This document shows positions 8,253 to 16,711 of a stretch of DNA of 64,000 nucleotides, one piece after another. Origin of the DNA: Thermoanaerobaculia bacterium (GTDB lineage: Bacteria > Acidobacteriota > Thermoanaerobaculia > Multivoradales > Multivoraceae). Each line of letters opens with the position of its first letter. The first letter of the stretch is position 1. A program made the position numbers and the translations under genes. Location of the stretch: contig OY762911.1 of the NCBI GenBank assembly GCA_963666565.1, positions 4,416,001 to 4,480,000 on the forward strand. Direction: 5' to 3'. The notes below the pieces were generated by a model that was not told the origin of the DNA, did no database searches, and saw nothing but the letters and a program-made list of their open reading frames with translations.

Positions 8253-10544
8253 ATGAGTCGGAACATCGTTTGCGTGCCCAGAGTGGAGCCGGCCTCTGGC
8301 CGGCGCGTTTACTGGCCGCCTTCGGCGGCGGCGGGTCGGAAGACCCGCGCACCCAGGCGCGTTTACTGGCCGCCTTCGGCGGCGGCGGGTCGGAAGACCC
8401 GCGCACCCAGCGGCCTCGGACTTGTCGTCGCCGTTGCGCTGGCGGCGCCGGTCGCCGTCGCGGCGCAGGAGGACGCGAACCCGATCGAGCCGCACCACGT
8501 CGCCTCGCTGCGCAGCGTCGGCACGGTCGAGGTGTCGCCCGACGGCAGCCTCGCGGCCTACCTGCTGAGCGTCCCGCGGCGGCCGCTGGACGAGGAGAGC
8601 GGCGGCTCGTGGACCGAGCTGCACGTGCTCGACATGAGCGAACCCGGCTCGTCCCGGCCGTACGTCGCCGGCGAAGTCAACGTCGGGCGTCCCGCCTTCC
8701 GCGGCAACGGCGAGATCCTGTACACGGCCCGCCGCGGCTCGGACAAGGTCTCCGCCCTCTACGGCATCCCCGTCGGCGGCGGCGAGAGCCGCAAGCTGGT
8801 CGAACACGCGAACGGCGTCGGCGCCTGGGTCCTGTCGCCCGACGGCAGCCGGGTGGCGTTCCTGGCCCGCGAGGACACCGACAAGGAACTCAAGACGCTC
8901 CGCGAGAAGGGCTTCAACCAGGAGATCTACGAGGAGGACCGGCCCCTGACGCGGCTCTGGATCGCCGACGTTCCGGCTCTCGGCGCCGACCGCGGCGACG
9001 ACGAAGCCAAGCCGGCCCTCGTCGAGTCGCTGGAGGGGCACGTCCTCTCCGCCGTCTGGAGCCCGGCGGGCGACCGGCTCGCCGCCGTCACCACGCCCAC
9101 CGCGCTGATCGACGACTCCTACACGAGCAAATCCGTCACCGTCGTCGACGTCGCCGCCGGGGATTTTCCCGTCGTCTCGTCCGTGCGAGCGATCGGCAAG
9201 CTCGGCCAGGTCGAGTTCAGCCCGAACGGCGAGCAGGTCGCCGCGGTCTCGGCCGCCGACGTCAACGACCCCGCCGCCGGCAGGCTGATGTCGATCGGCG
9301 GCGCCGACGACTTCAGCGACCTGCTGCCGGAGCTCGAAGGCCACGTCGCCTCCTTCGCCTGGGAGGACGACGAGAATCTGCTCTACGCCGCCTCCGTCGG
9401 CGTCTGGACCACCCTGGGCAGGGTGTCCACGGCCGGCGAGGCGGAGACCCTGATCGAACCGGGCGGCCTGATCGTCCTCGCCTTTACGCTGCCCCGCGAC
9501 GGCGGCCCGGCGGCTCTGGTCGCCGACAGCCCGGACCACCCGAGGGAGATCTACCGCTACGACCCGGCAACGCCGGAGGCGCCGCCCGTGCGGATGACGA
9601 ACTCGAACCCCTGGCTCGACGACATCGACCTCGCCCGCCAGGAAGTCGTCCGGCACACGGCGCCCGACGGCCTGGAACTCGAAGGGCTGCTGATCCATCC
9701 CCTCGACTACGAGGAGGGCCGGCGCTACCCGCTCATCCTGTTCGTCCACGGCGGCCCGGAGAGCCATCACAGCAACGGCTGGCTGACCAGCTACTCGAAC
9801 TTCGCGCAACTGGCCGCCGCCCGCGGCTTCGTGTCGTTCTTCCCGAACTACCGCGGCAGCACGGGGCGGGGCGTCGAGTTCTCGAAGCTCGGCCAGCACG
9901 CAGCCGCCGGCCCCGAGTTCGACGACCTGATCGTCGCGGTCGACCACCTGATCGAGATCGGCCTCGTCGACCGCGACCGGGTCGGCATCACCGGCGGCTC
10001 CTACGGCGGCTACGCGTCGGCCTGGGGCGCGACCTACTACTCGGACCGCTTTGCCGCGGCGATTCCCTTCGTCGGCATCTCGAACAACATCTCCAAGCTG
10101 GGGACGACGGACATCCCGCTGGAGATGGAACTCGTCCACCACCGCACGACGCTCTGGGACGACTGGGACTACTTCGAGAAGAGCAGCCCCATCTACTACG
10201 TCAAGCGCAACCGCACGCCCACGCTCATCCTGCACGGCAAGGAGGACCCGCGGGTCCATCCCGCCCAGTCGCTGGAACTGCACCGGCACCTGAAGTCCCT
10301 CGGCCAGGCGCCCGTGCGGCTGGTGCTCTACCCGGGCGAGGGCCACGGCAACCGGCGCTCGGCGGCCCGCCTCGACTACATGCTACGCACCCTGCGGTGG
10401 ATGGAGCACTACCTCCAGGGCCCCGGCGGCGATCCGCCGCCGCACGAGATCGACTACGCGGCCTACCTGCCCTGGGCGGACGACGACGGCGACGACGAGG
10501 AAGCCGACACCCCGGACGCCGAGCCGACGGGCGGCGGCGAGTGA
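8253..10544 (+). CDS. S9 family (acylaminoacyl/dipeptidyl) peptidase, secreted
   Basis: SD AGGAG at 8241; SPDG propeller repeats; VHGGP, GGSYGG, HGKEDPRV, YPGEGHG. Confidence 0.92.
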   Translation: MSRNIVCVPRVEPASGRRVYWPPSAAAGRKTRAPRRVYWPPSAAAGRKTRAPSGLGLVVAVALAAPVAVAAQEDANPIEPHHVASLRSVGTVEVSPDGSLAAYLLSVPRRPLDEESGGSWTELHVLDMSEPGSSRPYVAGEVNVGRPAFRGNGEILYTARRGSDKVSALYGIPVGGGESRKLVEHANGVGAWVLSPDGSRVAFLAREDTDKELKTLREKGFNQEIYEEDRPLTRLWIADVPALGADRGDDEAKPALVESLEGHVLSAVWSPAGDRLAAVTTPTALIDDSYTSKSVTVVDVAAGDFPVVSSVRAIGKLGQVEFSPNGEQVAAVSAADVNDPAAGRLMSIGGADDFSDLLPELEGHVASFAWEDDENLLYAASVGVWTTLGRVSTAGEAETLIEPGGLIVLAFTLPRDGGPAALVADSPDHPREIYRYDPATPEAPPVRMTNSNPWLDDIDLARQEVVRHTAPDGLELEGLLIHPLDYEEGRRYPLILFVHGGPESHHSNGWLTSYSNFAQLAAARGFVSFFPNYRGSTGRGVEFSKLGQHAAAGPEFDDLIVAVDHLIEIGLVDRDRVGITGGSYGGYASAWGATYYSDRFAAAIPFVGISNNISKLGTTDIPLEMELVHHRTTLWDDWDYFEKSSPIYYVKRNRTPTLILHGKEDPRVHPAQSLELHRHLKSLGQAPVRLVLYPGEGHGNRRSAARLDYMLRTLRWMEHYLQGPGGDPPPHEIDYAAYLPWADDDGDDEEADTPDAEPTGGGE
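8298..8410 (-). repeat. 2 x 54-bp tandem REP-like element inside the S9 peptidase N-terminus
   Basis: Identical units at 8302 and 8356 containing GCCGCCTTCGGCGGC and GCGGGTCGGAAGACCCGCGCACCC; translates RRVYWPPSAAAGRKTRAP x2. Confidence 0.95.
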
Positions 10545-10963
10545 GAGGACGGCTCGCGCTCGCCGGCTGTCTGACGCTGGGCACCGCCCTCGGATGCGGA
10601 CAGGAGGCTGCCGAAACCGCGTCTCCCCGCGCCGACAGGGCCGACGAGCGGCCCGCGTGGAAGCCGCCCGCGCCGCCGCCGCCGCCGAAGCCCTGCGGGG
10701 TCGGCTGCATCGAGGGTGAAGGCAACGCCGTCGTTCGCTTCCAGATGGCCGGCGGCGACCACACCCTGACCGCCAGCGTCGAAGGCAACAGCGGAGTGTT
10801 CTCCGTCGGGCCGCCAGTGGACCTCTCGCGCGACGCGGAGGAGTGGTCGGGCATCGCGACGTTCTTCGTGCCCGAAGCGGGCGTCAAGACGCTGCGGATA
10901 CGGGCCACCGGCAAGTGGAGCCTGACGATCCTGAAGGGGAAGCAGTCCTATGCGGACGGCTAG
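10541..10963 (+). CDS. hypothetical protein, probable lipoprotein
   Basis: GTG overlaps upstream TGA; hydrophobic leader with ALGC lipobox-like motif, Pro-rich linker, beta-rich tail; overlaps the mrpE start. Confidence 0.6.
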   Translation: MRGRLALAGCLTLGTALGCGQEAAETASPRADRADERPAWKPPAPPPPPKPCGVGCIEGEGNAVVRFQMAGGDHTLTASVEGNSGVFSVGPPVDLSRDAEEWSGIATFFVPEAGVKTLRIRATGKWSLTILKGKQSYADG

Positions 10964-11450
10964 ACTGGGCGTCCTCGCGCTGCTGGCGGCCGTGTGGCTC
11001 GCCCTGTCCGGGCCGTACACGGTTCACGAGTGGCTGATCCTCGTCTTCGGCGTCGTCTCGGTCGCCTTCGTCTGGCGCCTCTACCTGGCGCTCGAACGGG
11101 CGGCGGGCGGCGGTTCCGAGCATTTCCGCGCCTCGTCGTGGCTGCGGCTCCCGCGCTTCCTGGTCGCCTTCGCGATCAAGGTCGCGGCGGCGAACCTGCA
11201 CGTGACGAAGCTCATCCTGTCGCCGAAGATCGAACTCCATCCGCGTCTCCGGCGCGTACACGCGAGCCAGAAGACGTCGTTCGGCCAGGTCCTCTACGCG
11301 AACTTCATCACCCTCACGCCGGGGACGATCACGCTGGACCTCCGGAACGACGAGCTCCTCGTCTACGCCCTCGACGAGCAGAGCGAGGCGGACGTGATGG
11401 ACGGGTCGATCGACCGCGACGTGCTGCGGCTGGAAGGAGACGCCGGCTGA
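10950..11450 (+). CDS. mrpE: Mrp Na+/H+ antiporter subunit E
   Basis: ANLHV, YANFITLTPGTITL; first gene of a coupled operon. Confidence 0.9.
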   Translation: MRTARLGVLALLAAVWLALSGPYTVHEWLILVFGVVSVAFVWRLYLALERAAGGGSEHFRASSWLRLPRFLVAFAIKVAAANLHVTKLILSPKIELHPRLRRVHASQKTSFGQVLYANFITLTPGTITLDLRNDELLVYALDEQSEADVMDGSIDRDVLRLEGDAG

Positions 11451-11731
11451 TGTTCGTGGCGGCGATGGCGGCGATCGTCGTGACGATGTTCCTGGCGCTC
11501 GCCCGCGCCGCGATCGGCCCCACCGTGTTCGACCGCATCCTGGCGGTCAACATGTTCGGGACGAAGACGGTGCTGCTGATCGCGGTCGCCGGCTTCCTCA
11601 CCGAGCGTCCCGAGTGGCTGGATCTCGCGATCGTCTACACCCTCGTCAACTTCACCGGCACCCTCGCCGTGCTGCGGTTCGCGCGCTTCGGCAACCTTGC
11701 GCGGGACGACCGGAAGGCCGACCGGCAATGA
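11450..11731 (+). CDS. mrpF: Mrp antiporter subunit F
   Basis: TGATG coupling; GPTVFDRILAVNMFG..DLAIVY. Confidence 0.9.
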   Translation: MFVAAMAAIVVTMFLALARAAIGPTVFDRILAVNMFGTKTVLLIAVAGFLTERPEWLDLAIVYTLVNFTGTLAVLRFARFGNLARDDRKADRQ

Positions 11732-12087
11732 ACGGCGCGCTGGACATCGCGACGGCGGTCCTGCTGGTTGCCGGCGGCCTGTTCTGCATCGTCGGCGGCG
11801 TCGGCCTGCACCGCTTCTCCGAGTTCTACCAGCGCACCCACGCCGCGAGCGTCGCGGACACCGCCGGCGCCGGGCTGATGCTGATCGGCCTGATGTTCCA
11901 GGGCGGCCTGTCCATGGTCACGCTCAAGCTGGTCCTGGTGCTCGCTTTCCTCCTGTTCAGCAGCCCCGCGATCGCGCACGCGCTGGTCAAGGCGGCTCAC
12001 GGCCAGGGACTGGCACTCGAGCTGGGGATCCCGAACAAGCCCGAGAGAAACGGCGAGCCGGAAGGGGACGGCGATGCCGCCGGCTGA
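11728..12087 (+). CDS. mrpG: Mrp antiporter subunit G
   Basis: ATGA overlap; GLHRFSEFYQRTHAAS, SPAIAHAL. Confidence 0.9.
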   Translation: MNGALDIATAVLLVAGGLFCIVGGVGLHRFSEFYQRTHAASVADTAGAGLMLIGLMFQGGLSMVTLKLVLVLAFLLFSSPAIAHALVKAAHGQGLALELGIPNKPERNGEPEGDGDAAG

Positions 12088-12628
12088 GCTCCTCCTCCTC
12101 CTCCTGCTGCTCGCCACGGTCGTCGTCGTGGCGAGGCTCCACGACCTGTTCGCCGCCGCCATGCTGACCGGGATCGTCAGCCTGCTCGCGGCCGGGCTGT
12201 TCGTGCTGATGGACGCCGTGGACGTCGCCTTCACCGAGGCCGCGGTGGGCGCGGGAATCAGCACCGTGCTGTTCCTCGGAGCGCTCAGCCTGACCTCGCG
12301 CCGCGAGAAGCACGGGAAGGGGACGGCGGTTCTGCCGTTCCTGATCGTCGTCGCCACCGGCGCCGCGCTGATCTACGGCACCTGGGACATGCCGGCCTAC
12401 GGCGATCCGGACGCCGTCATCCACCACCACCTGGCGCCGGACCTGATCGCCGAGACGGAGGAGAAGATCCACATCCCGAACATCGTCACCGCGATCCTGG
12501 CCAGCTTTCGCGGCTACGACACGCTGGGCGAAGTCGTCGTCATCTTCACCGCCGGCGTCGGCGTCGCGCTGCTCCTGGGCGGGCTCGGCCTGAAGCGCCG
12601 GAATGCGAGCGGCGGGGAGGAGCCGTGA
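12074..12628 (+). CDS. Mrp antiporter subunit, DUF4040/MrpB-like
   Basis: AVDVAFTEAAVGAGIST, NIVTAILASFRGYDTLGE. Confidence 0.88.
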   Translation: MPPAELLLLLLLLATVVVVARLHDLFAAAMLTGIVSLLAAGLFVLMDAVDVAFTEAAVGAGISTVLFLGALSLTSRREKHGKGTAVLPFLIVVATGAALIYGTWDMPAYGDPDAVIHHHLAPDLIAETEEKIHIPNIVTAILASFRGYDTLGEVVVIFTAGVGVALLLGGLGLKRRNASGGEEP

Positions 12629-13143
12629 AGAGGCCGTCCAGAGTCCGCGAGATGCCGATCCTCCGGGTCGTCGCCCGGGCGCTGGCGCCGGTCATCCTCC
12701 TGTTCGGCCTCTACGTGCAGTTCCACGGCGACTTCGGCCCCGGCGGAGGCTTCCAGGCCGGCGTCATCTTCGCCGCGGGGCTCATCGTCTTCGCCCTGAC
12801 CTTCGGGGTGGAGGCGCTGCGGCAGGTCGTTCCCGTCGTGATGACGGAGCGCCTGATGGCCGCGGGCGTGCTGCTCTACGGCGCGGTCGGCGTGCTCGCG
12901 ATGTTCCTGGGCGGGGAGTTCCTGAACTACTCCGCGCTCGATCCGCTGACGACCGGCCACCACGGCCAGCACCTCGGCATTATCGTCATCGAACTTGGCG
13001 TCGGCATCGCCGTCGCGGCCACCATCATGCGCGTCTACTACGCGTTCGTGGGCCGCCGCCCGGACGACGGCGGCGACGAAGGCGAGGAAGGCGGCGCGAG
13101 GACCCTGGACGCCGGCGCCGACGCGGGCGGAGGCGCCGCGTGA
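12625..13143 (+). CDS. mrpB: Mrp antiporter subunit B
   Basis: HGDFGPGGGFQAG, IELGVG. Confidence 0.9.
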   Translation: MKRPSRVREMPILRVVARALAPVILLFGLYVQFHGDFGPGGGFQAGVIFAAGLIVFALTFGVEALRQVVPVVMTERLMAAGVLLYGAVGVLAMFLGGEFLNYSALDPLTTGHHGQHLGIIVIELGVGIAVAATIMRVYYAFVGRRPDDGGDEGEEGGARTLDAGADAGGGAA

Positions 13144-13532
13144 GCCTGACGGAGGCAATCTCCGGGCTGTGGGCCTACTGGCTGCTCATCGCGCTGATGA
13201 TGGTCGGGCTCTACATCGTCATCGCCCGCAACAACCTGATCAAGAAGGTGATGGGGCTCAACATCTTCCAGGGGGCGGCGATCCTCTTCTACGTGACGAT
13301 GGCGAAAGTCGACGGCGGCACGGCGCCGATCGTTCCGCACGACCCCGCCCACCCCGGCGGCCATGCCGGTCACGAGGTCCTCTACTCGAACCCGCTTCCC
13401 CACGTGCTGATGCTGACCGCGATCGTGGTCGGCGTCGCCACCACCGCCCTGGCGCTGGCGCTGGCCGTGCGCATCCACGGCGACTACGGCACCGCCGAAG
13501 AGGACGAGGCGGTGAGCATGGATCACGGATGA
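13140..13532 (+). CDS. mrpC: Mrp antiporter subunit C
   Basis: GTGA overlap; NLIKKVMGL, NPLPHVLMLTAIVVG. Confidence 0.9.
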   Translation: MSLTEAISGLWAYWLLIALMMVGLYIVIARNNLIKKVMGLNIFQGAAILFYVTMAKVDGGTAPIVPHDPAHPGGHAGHEVLYSNPLPHVLMLTAIVVGVATTALALALAVRIHGDYGTAEEDEAVSMDHG

Positions 13533-13560
13533 GGCGCCTTCCGGGATCGAGAGAATCGTC

Positions 13561-15045
13561 GTGATCGAGAAGATCGTCGTCCTCGAGGTCGTCCTGCCGC
13601 TGCTTGCGGCGCCGGTCTGCGTGCTGGTCCGCCATCCGCGCCTCTGCCGCCTGCTGAGTCTCGGCGTCGTCGCGGTCTGCTTCGGGATCGCGGTCGCGGC
13701 GCTGCTCGAGGTGCGCGGCGGCGGCGTGATCTCGTACCAGCTCGGCGGCTGGCCGCCGCCGCTGGGGATCGAGTACCGGGTCTCGACCGTCAACGCCTAC
13801 CTGCTCGCCCTCGTCACCGCGATGGCCCTGGTCGTCTTCAGCTTCGATTCGCGGGGCGGTCCGCCGCGGGTGCCGGAGCGGCGCCGCCACCTCTACTACG
13901 CGGTGTTCCTGCTCAGCATCTCCGGCCTGCTCGGGATGACGATCACGGGCGACGCCTTCAACATCTTCGTCTTCCTGGAGATCTCGTCGCTGTCGTCCTA
14001 CATCCTGGTCAGTCTGGGCGGCCACCGGCGGGCCGTCCTGTCCGCCTTCCACTACCTGGTGATGGGCACGATCGGCGGCGTCTTCTTCATGCTCGGGGTC
14101 GGCCTGCTCTACCAGGAGACGGGCACGCTGAACCTGAGGGACATCGCGGCGCGCCTCGAACCGGCGCTCGACGATCGCGGCACGGTGCTGGCGCTGGCGC
14201 TCCTGGTCGTCGGCATCTCGATCAAGCTGGCGGTGTTCCCGCTGCACCACTGGCTGCCCAACGCCTACTCGTTCGCGCCGCCCAAGGTCAGCGCCTTCCT
14301 GGCCGCGACCGCGACGAAGGTCTCCTTCTACCTGTTGGCCACGATCCTGTTCACGGTCTTCGGCGCGCCGTTCGTGTTCGGGGAACTGCGCCTGCAGGCG
14401 GTGCTGCTGCCGCTGTCGGTCCTCGCCATGTTCCTCGCCTCCGGCGCCGCGATCTTCCAGACCGACCTGCGACGGCTGCTGGCCTACTCGAGCGTCGCCC
14501 AGATCGGCTACATGACCCTGGGGCTCTCGACCGCGAACGCGACGGGGCTCGCGGGAGGCATGGTCCACCTGTTCAACCACGCGGTGATGAAGGGAGGGCT
14601 GTTCCTGGTGGTCGCCTGCCTGCTCTACCGCGTCGGCTCCGTCCACATCGACGCGCTCGCCGGCATCGGCCGCAGGATGCCGCTGACCTCGGCGGCACTG
14701 GTCGTCGGCGGGCTGAGCCTGATCGGCGTTCCGGGCACGGTCGGCTTCGTCAGCAAGTGGTACCTGGTGGCCGGCGCGCTGGAGCGGGGCTGGACCGCGG
14801 CCGCCGTGCTCATCCTGCTGAGCTCCCTGCTGGCGCTGGTCTACGTCGGCAAGGTGGTCGAGGCCGTCTACTTCCGCAAGCCCGCCGAGACGCAGCCCAT
14901 CGACCACGTGCGCGAAGCGCCGCTGGGGATGCTGGCGCCGACATGGGCGCTGGCGGCGGCCGCCGTCTTCTTCGGCCTGACCACGGACTGGACCTACGGA
15001 GTCGCGCGGGAAGCAGCCGAACTCCTGCTCGCGGGCGGGATCTGA
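13561..15045 (+). CDS. mrpD: Mrp antiporter subunit D
   Basis: GDAFNIFVFLEI, KLAVFPLHHWLP, RLLAYSSVAQIGY, GFVSKW. Confidence 0.9.
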   Translation: MIEKIVVLEVVLPLLAAPVCVLVRHPRLCRLLSLGVVAVCFGIAVAALLEVRGGGVISYQLGGWPPPLGIEYRVSTVNAYLLALVTAMALVVFSFDSRGGPPRVPERRRHLYYAVFLLSISGLLGMTITGDAFNIFVFLEISSLSSYILVSLGGHRRAVLSAFHYLVMGTIGGVFFMLGVGLLYQETGTLNLRDIAARLEPALDDRGTVLALALLVVGISIKLAVFPLHHWLPNAYSFAPPKVSAFLAATATKVSFYLLATILFTVFGAPFVFGELRLQAVLLPLSVLAMFLASGAAIFQTDLRRLLAYSSVAQIGYMTLGLSTANATGLAGGMVHLFNHAVMKGGLFLVVACLLYRVGSVHIDALAGIGRRMPLTSAALVVGGLSLIGVPGTVGFVSKWYLVAGALERGWTAAAVLILLSSLLALVYVGKVVEAVYFRKPAETQPIDHVREAPLGMLAPTWALAAAAVFFGLTTDWTYGVAREAAELLLAGGI

Positions 15046-15058
15046 CGGAACGACGACG

Positions 15059-16546
15059 ATGAGCTCCGAGACGACGATCCTGGTCGCCCTGCTGCTGCCC
15101 GTGGCGGCGGCGGTCTCCTGCCAGATCTTCGGCCGCCTCGGGCATCCGAACCTGCGCGACGTCGCCACGCCGATCTTCGGCGCCTGCACGTTCGCGGCCG
15201 TCTGGCAACTCGGCGACGACGTTCTGCGCGGCGGCCGGCCGGAACTCGTCCTGCTCGAGGTGCTGCCGGGCGTCGAACTCGCGTTCCAGGTCGAGCCGCT
15301 CGGGCTGCTCTACGGCCTGGTGGCGAGCGGCCTGTGGATCGTGACCTCGATCTACGCCGTCGGCTACATGCGCGGCCACCACGAGGAGAACCAGACGCGG
15401 TTCTTCACCTTCTTCGCCCTCTCGATCTTCGCGGCGCTGGGCATCGCCTTCGCCCGCAACCTGTTCACCCTGTTCCTGTTCTACGAGGCGCTGACGCTCC
15501 TCACCTTCCCGCTGGTGACCCACCACGGCACCGCCGAGGCGCGGCGCGCGGGGCGGGTCTACCTCGGCATCCTGCTGTTCACCTCGATCTCCTTCCTGCT
15601 GTTCGCGATCGTGTTTACCTGGCGGCTGACCGGCACGATCGAGTTCACGCCCGGCGGCATCCTGGGCGCCGAAACGAGCTCCGGCCTGGTCACGGTGCTC
15701 CTGCTGCTCTACGCCTTCGGCGCCGGCAAGGCGGCGCTCATGCCCTTCCACCGCTGGCTGCCGAACGCGATGGTGGCGCCGACCCCGGTCAGCGCGCTGC
15801 TGCACGCCGTGGCGGTGGTCAAGGCGGGCGTGTTCGCGATCCTCAAGGTCGTCGTCTACGTGTTCGGGCTCGACCTGCTCCGCGGCAGCGGCGCGTCCTT
15901 CGCGCTGATGACGATCGCCTCGTTCACGATGCTGACGGCGGCCGTCATCGCCATCCGCCAGGACAACCTGAAGGCGCGGCTCGCCTACTCGACGATCAGC
16001 CAGCTCGCCTACATCGTCCTCGGCGCCGCAATGGCGACCGCGGCCGGCGTGATGGCCGGCGGCATCCAGATCGCGATGCACGCGGCGGGCAAGATCACCC
16101 TCTTCTTCTGCGCCGGCGCCATTCTCGTCGCCACCCACAAGAAGAAAGTGAGCGAACTCGACGGGCTCGGCCGCACGATGCCCTGGACCTTCGCCGCCTT
16201 CTTCCTCGCCTCGCTCTCGATCGTCGGCGTCCCGCCGCTCGGCGGGTCCTGGGCCAAGTGGTACCTGATGGTCGGCGCACTCGAGACCGGGTTCGCCTGG
16301 CAGGCCGCGTTTCTCGGCGTGCTGATGCTGAGCTCGCTCCTGGCCGTCTTCTACCTGATGCCGGTCGTCGTTCGCGGCTTCTTCGCGACCTCGCCCACCG
16401 CCGGCCCAAGCGGCAGCGCCGGCGGCGACCGCAAGCCGATCGCCGAAGCGCCCTTCCTCTGCGTCGCGCCGCTGGTGGTGACCGCCCTCCTGTCGCTGGC
16501 CCTCTTCTTCGTCGCCGGCGACTTGGCCTCGCTGCTGCGCTTCTGA
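15059..16546 (+). CDS. second MrpD/MrpA-type proton-conducting subunit
   Basis: LFYE, KAALMPFHRWLP, PTPVSALLHA, RLAYSTISQL. Confidence 0.88.
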   Translation: MSSETTILVALLLPVAAAVSCQIFGRLGHPNLRDVATPIFGACTFAAVWQLGDDVLRGGRPELVLLEVLPGVELAFQVEPLGLLYGLVASGLWIVTSIYAVGYMRGHHEENQTRFFTFFALSIFAALGIAFARNLFTLFLFYEALTLLTFPLVTHHGTAEARRAGRVYLGILLFTSISFLLFAIVFTWRLTGTIEFTPGGILGAETSSGLVTVLLLLYAFGAGKAALMPFHRWLPNAMVAPTPVSALLHAVAVVKAGVFAILKVVVYVFGLDLLRGSGASFALMTIASFTMLTAAVIAIRQDNLKARLAYSTISQLAYIVLGAAMATAAGVMAGGIQIAMHAAGKITLFFCAGAILVATHKKKVSELDGLGRTMPWTFAAFFLASLSIVGVPPLGGSWAKWYLMVGALETGFAWQAAFLGVLMLSSLLAVFYLMPVVVRGFFATSPTAGPSGSAGGDRKPIAEAPFLCVAPLVVTALLSLALFFVAGDLASLLRF

Positions 16547-16711
16547 TGGAGACCTGCTGCCACGCCGACCTCCGCCGCGACGCGTTCTCGGCGCGGCGGC
16601 CGGCGAGAATGCGTCCCGACGGGGCGCCGCCGCTGGGGATGTTGACGCCGCGCTAGAGTCGGCAACCACTCCTCCCGAACCGCACCTTCCGGCCAGCGAT
16701 CGCACCGCCTC

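Noticed and set aside
3728-8266. Apparent 1156-aa and 1243-aa fusion proteins
   Set aside because: Their N-terminal parts are antisense to real genes; true starts are ~5672 (+) and 5605 (-).
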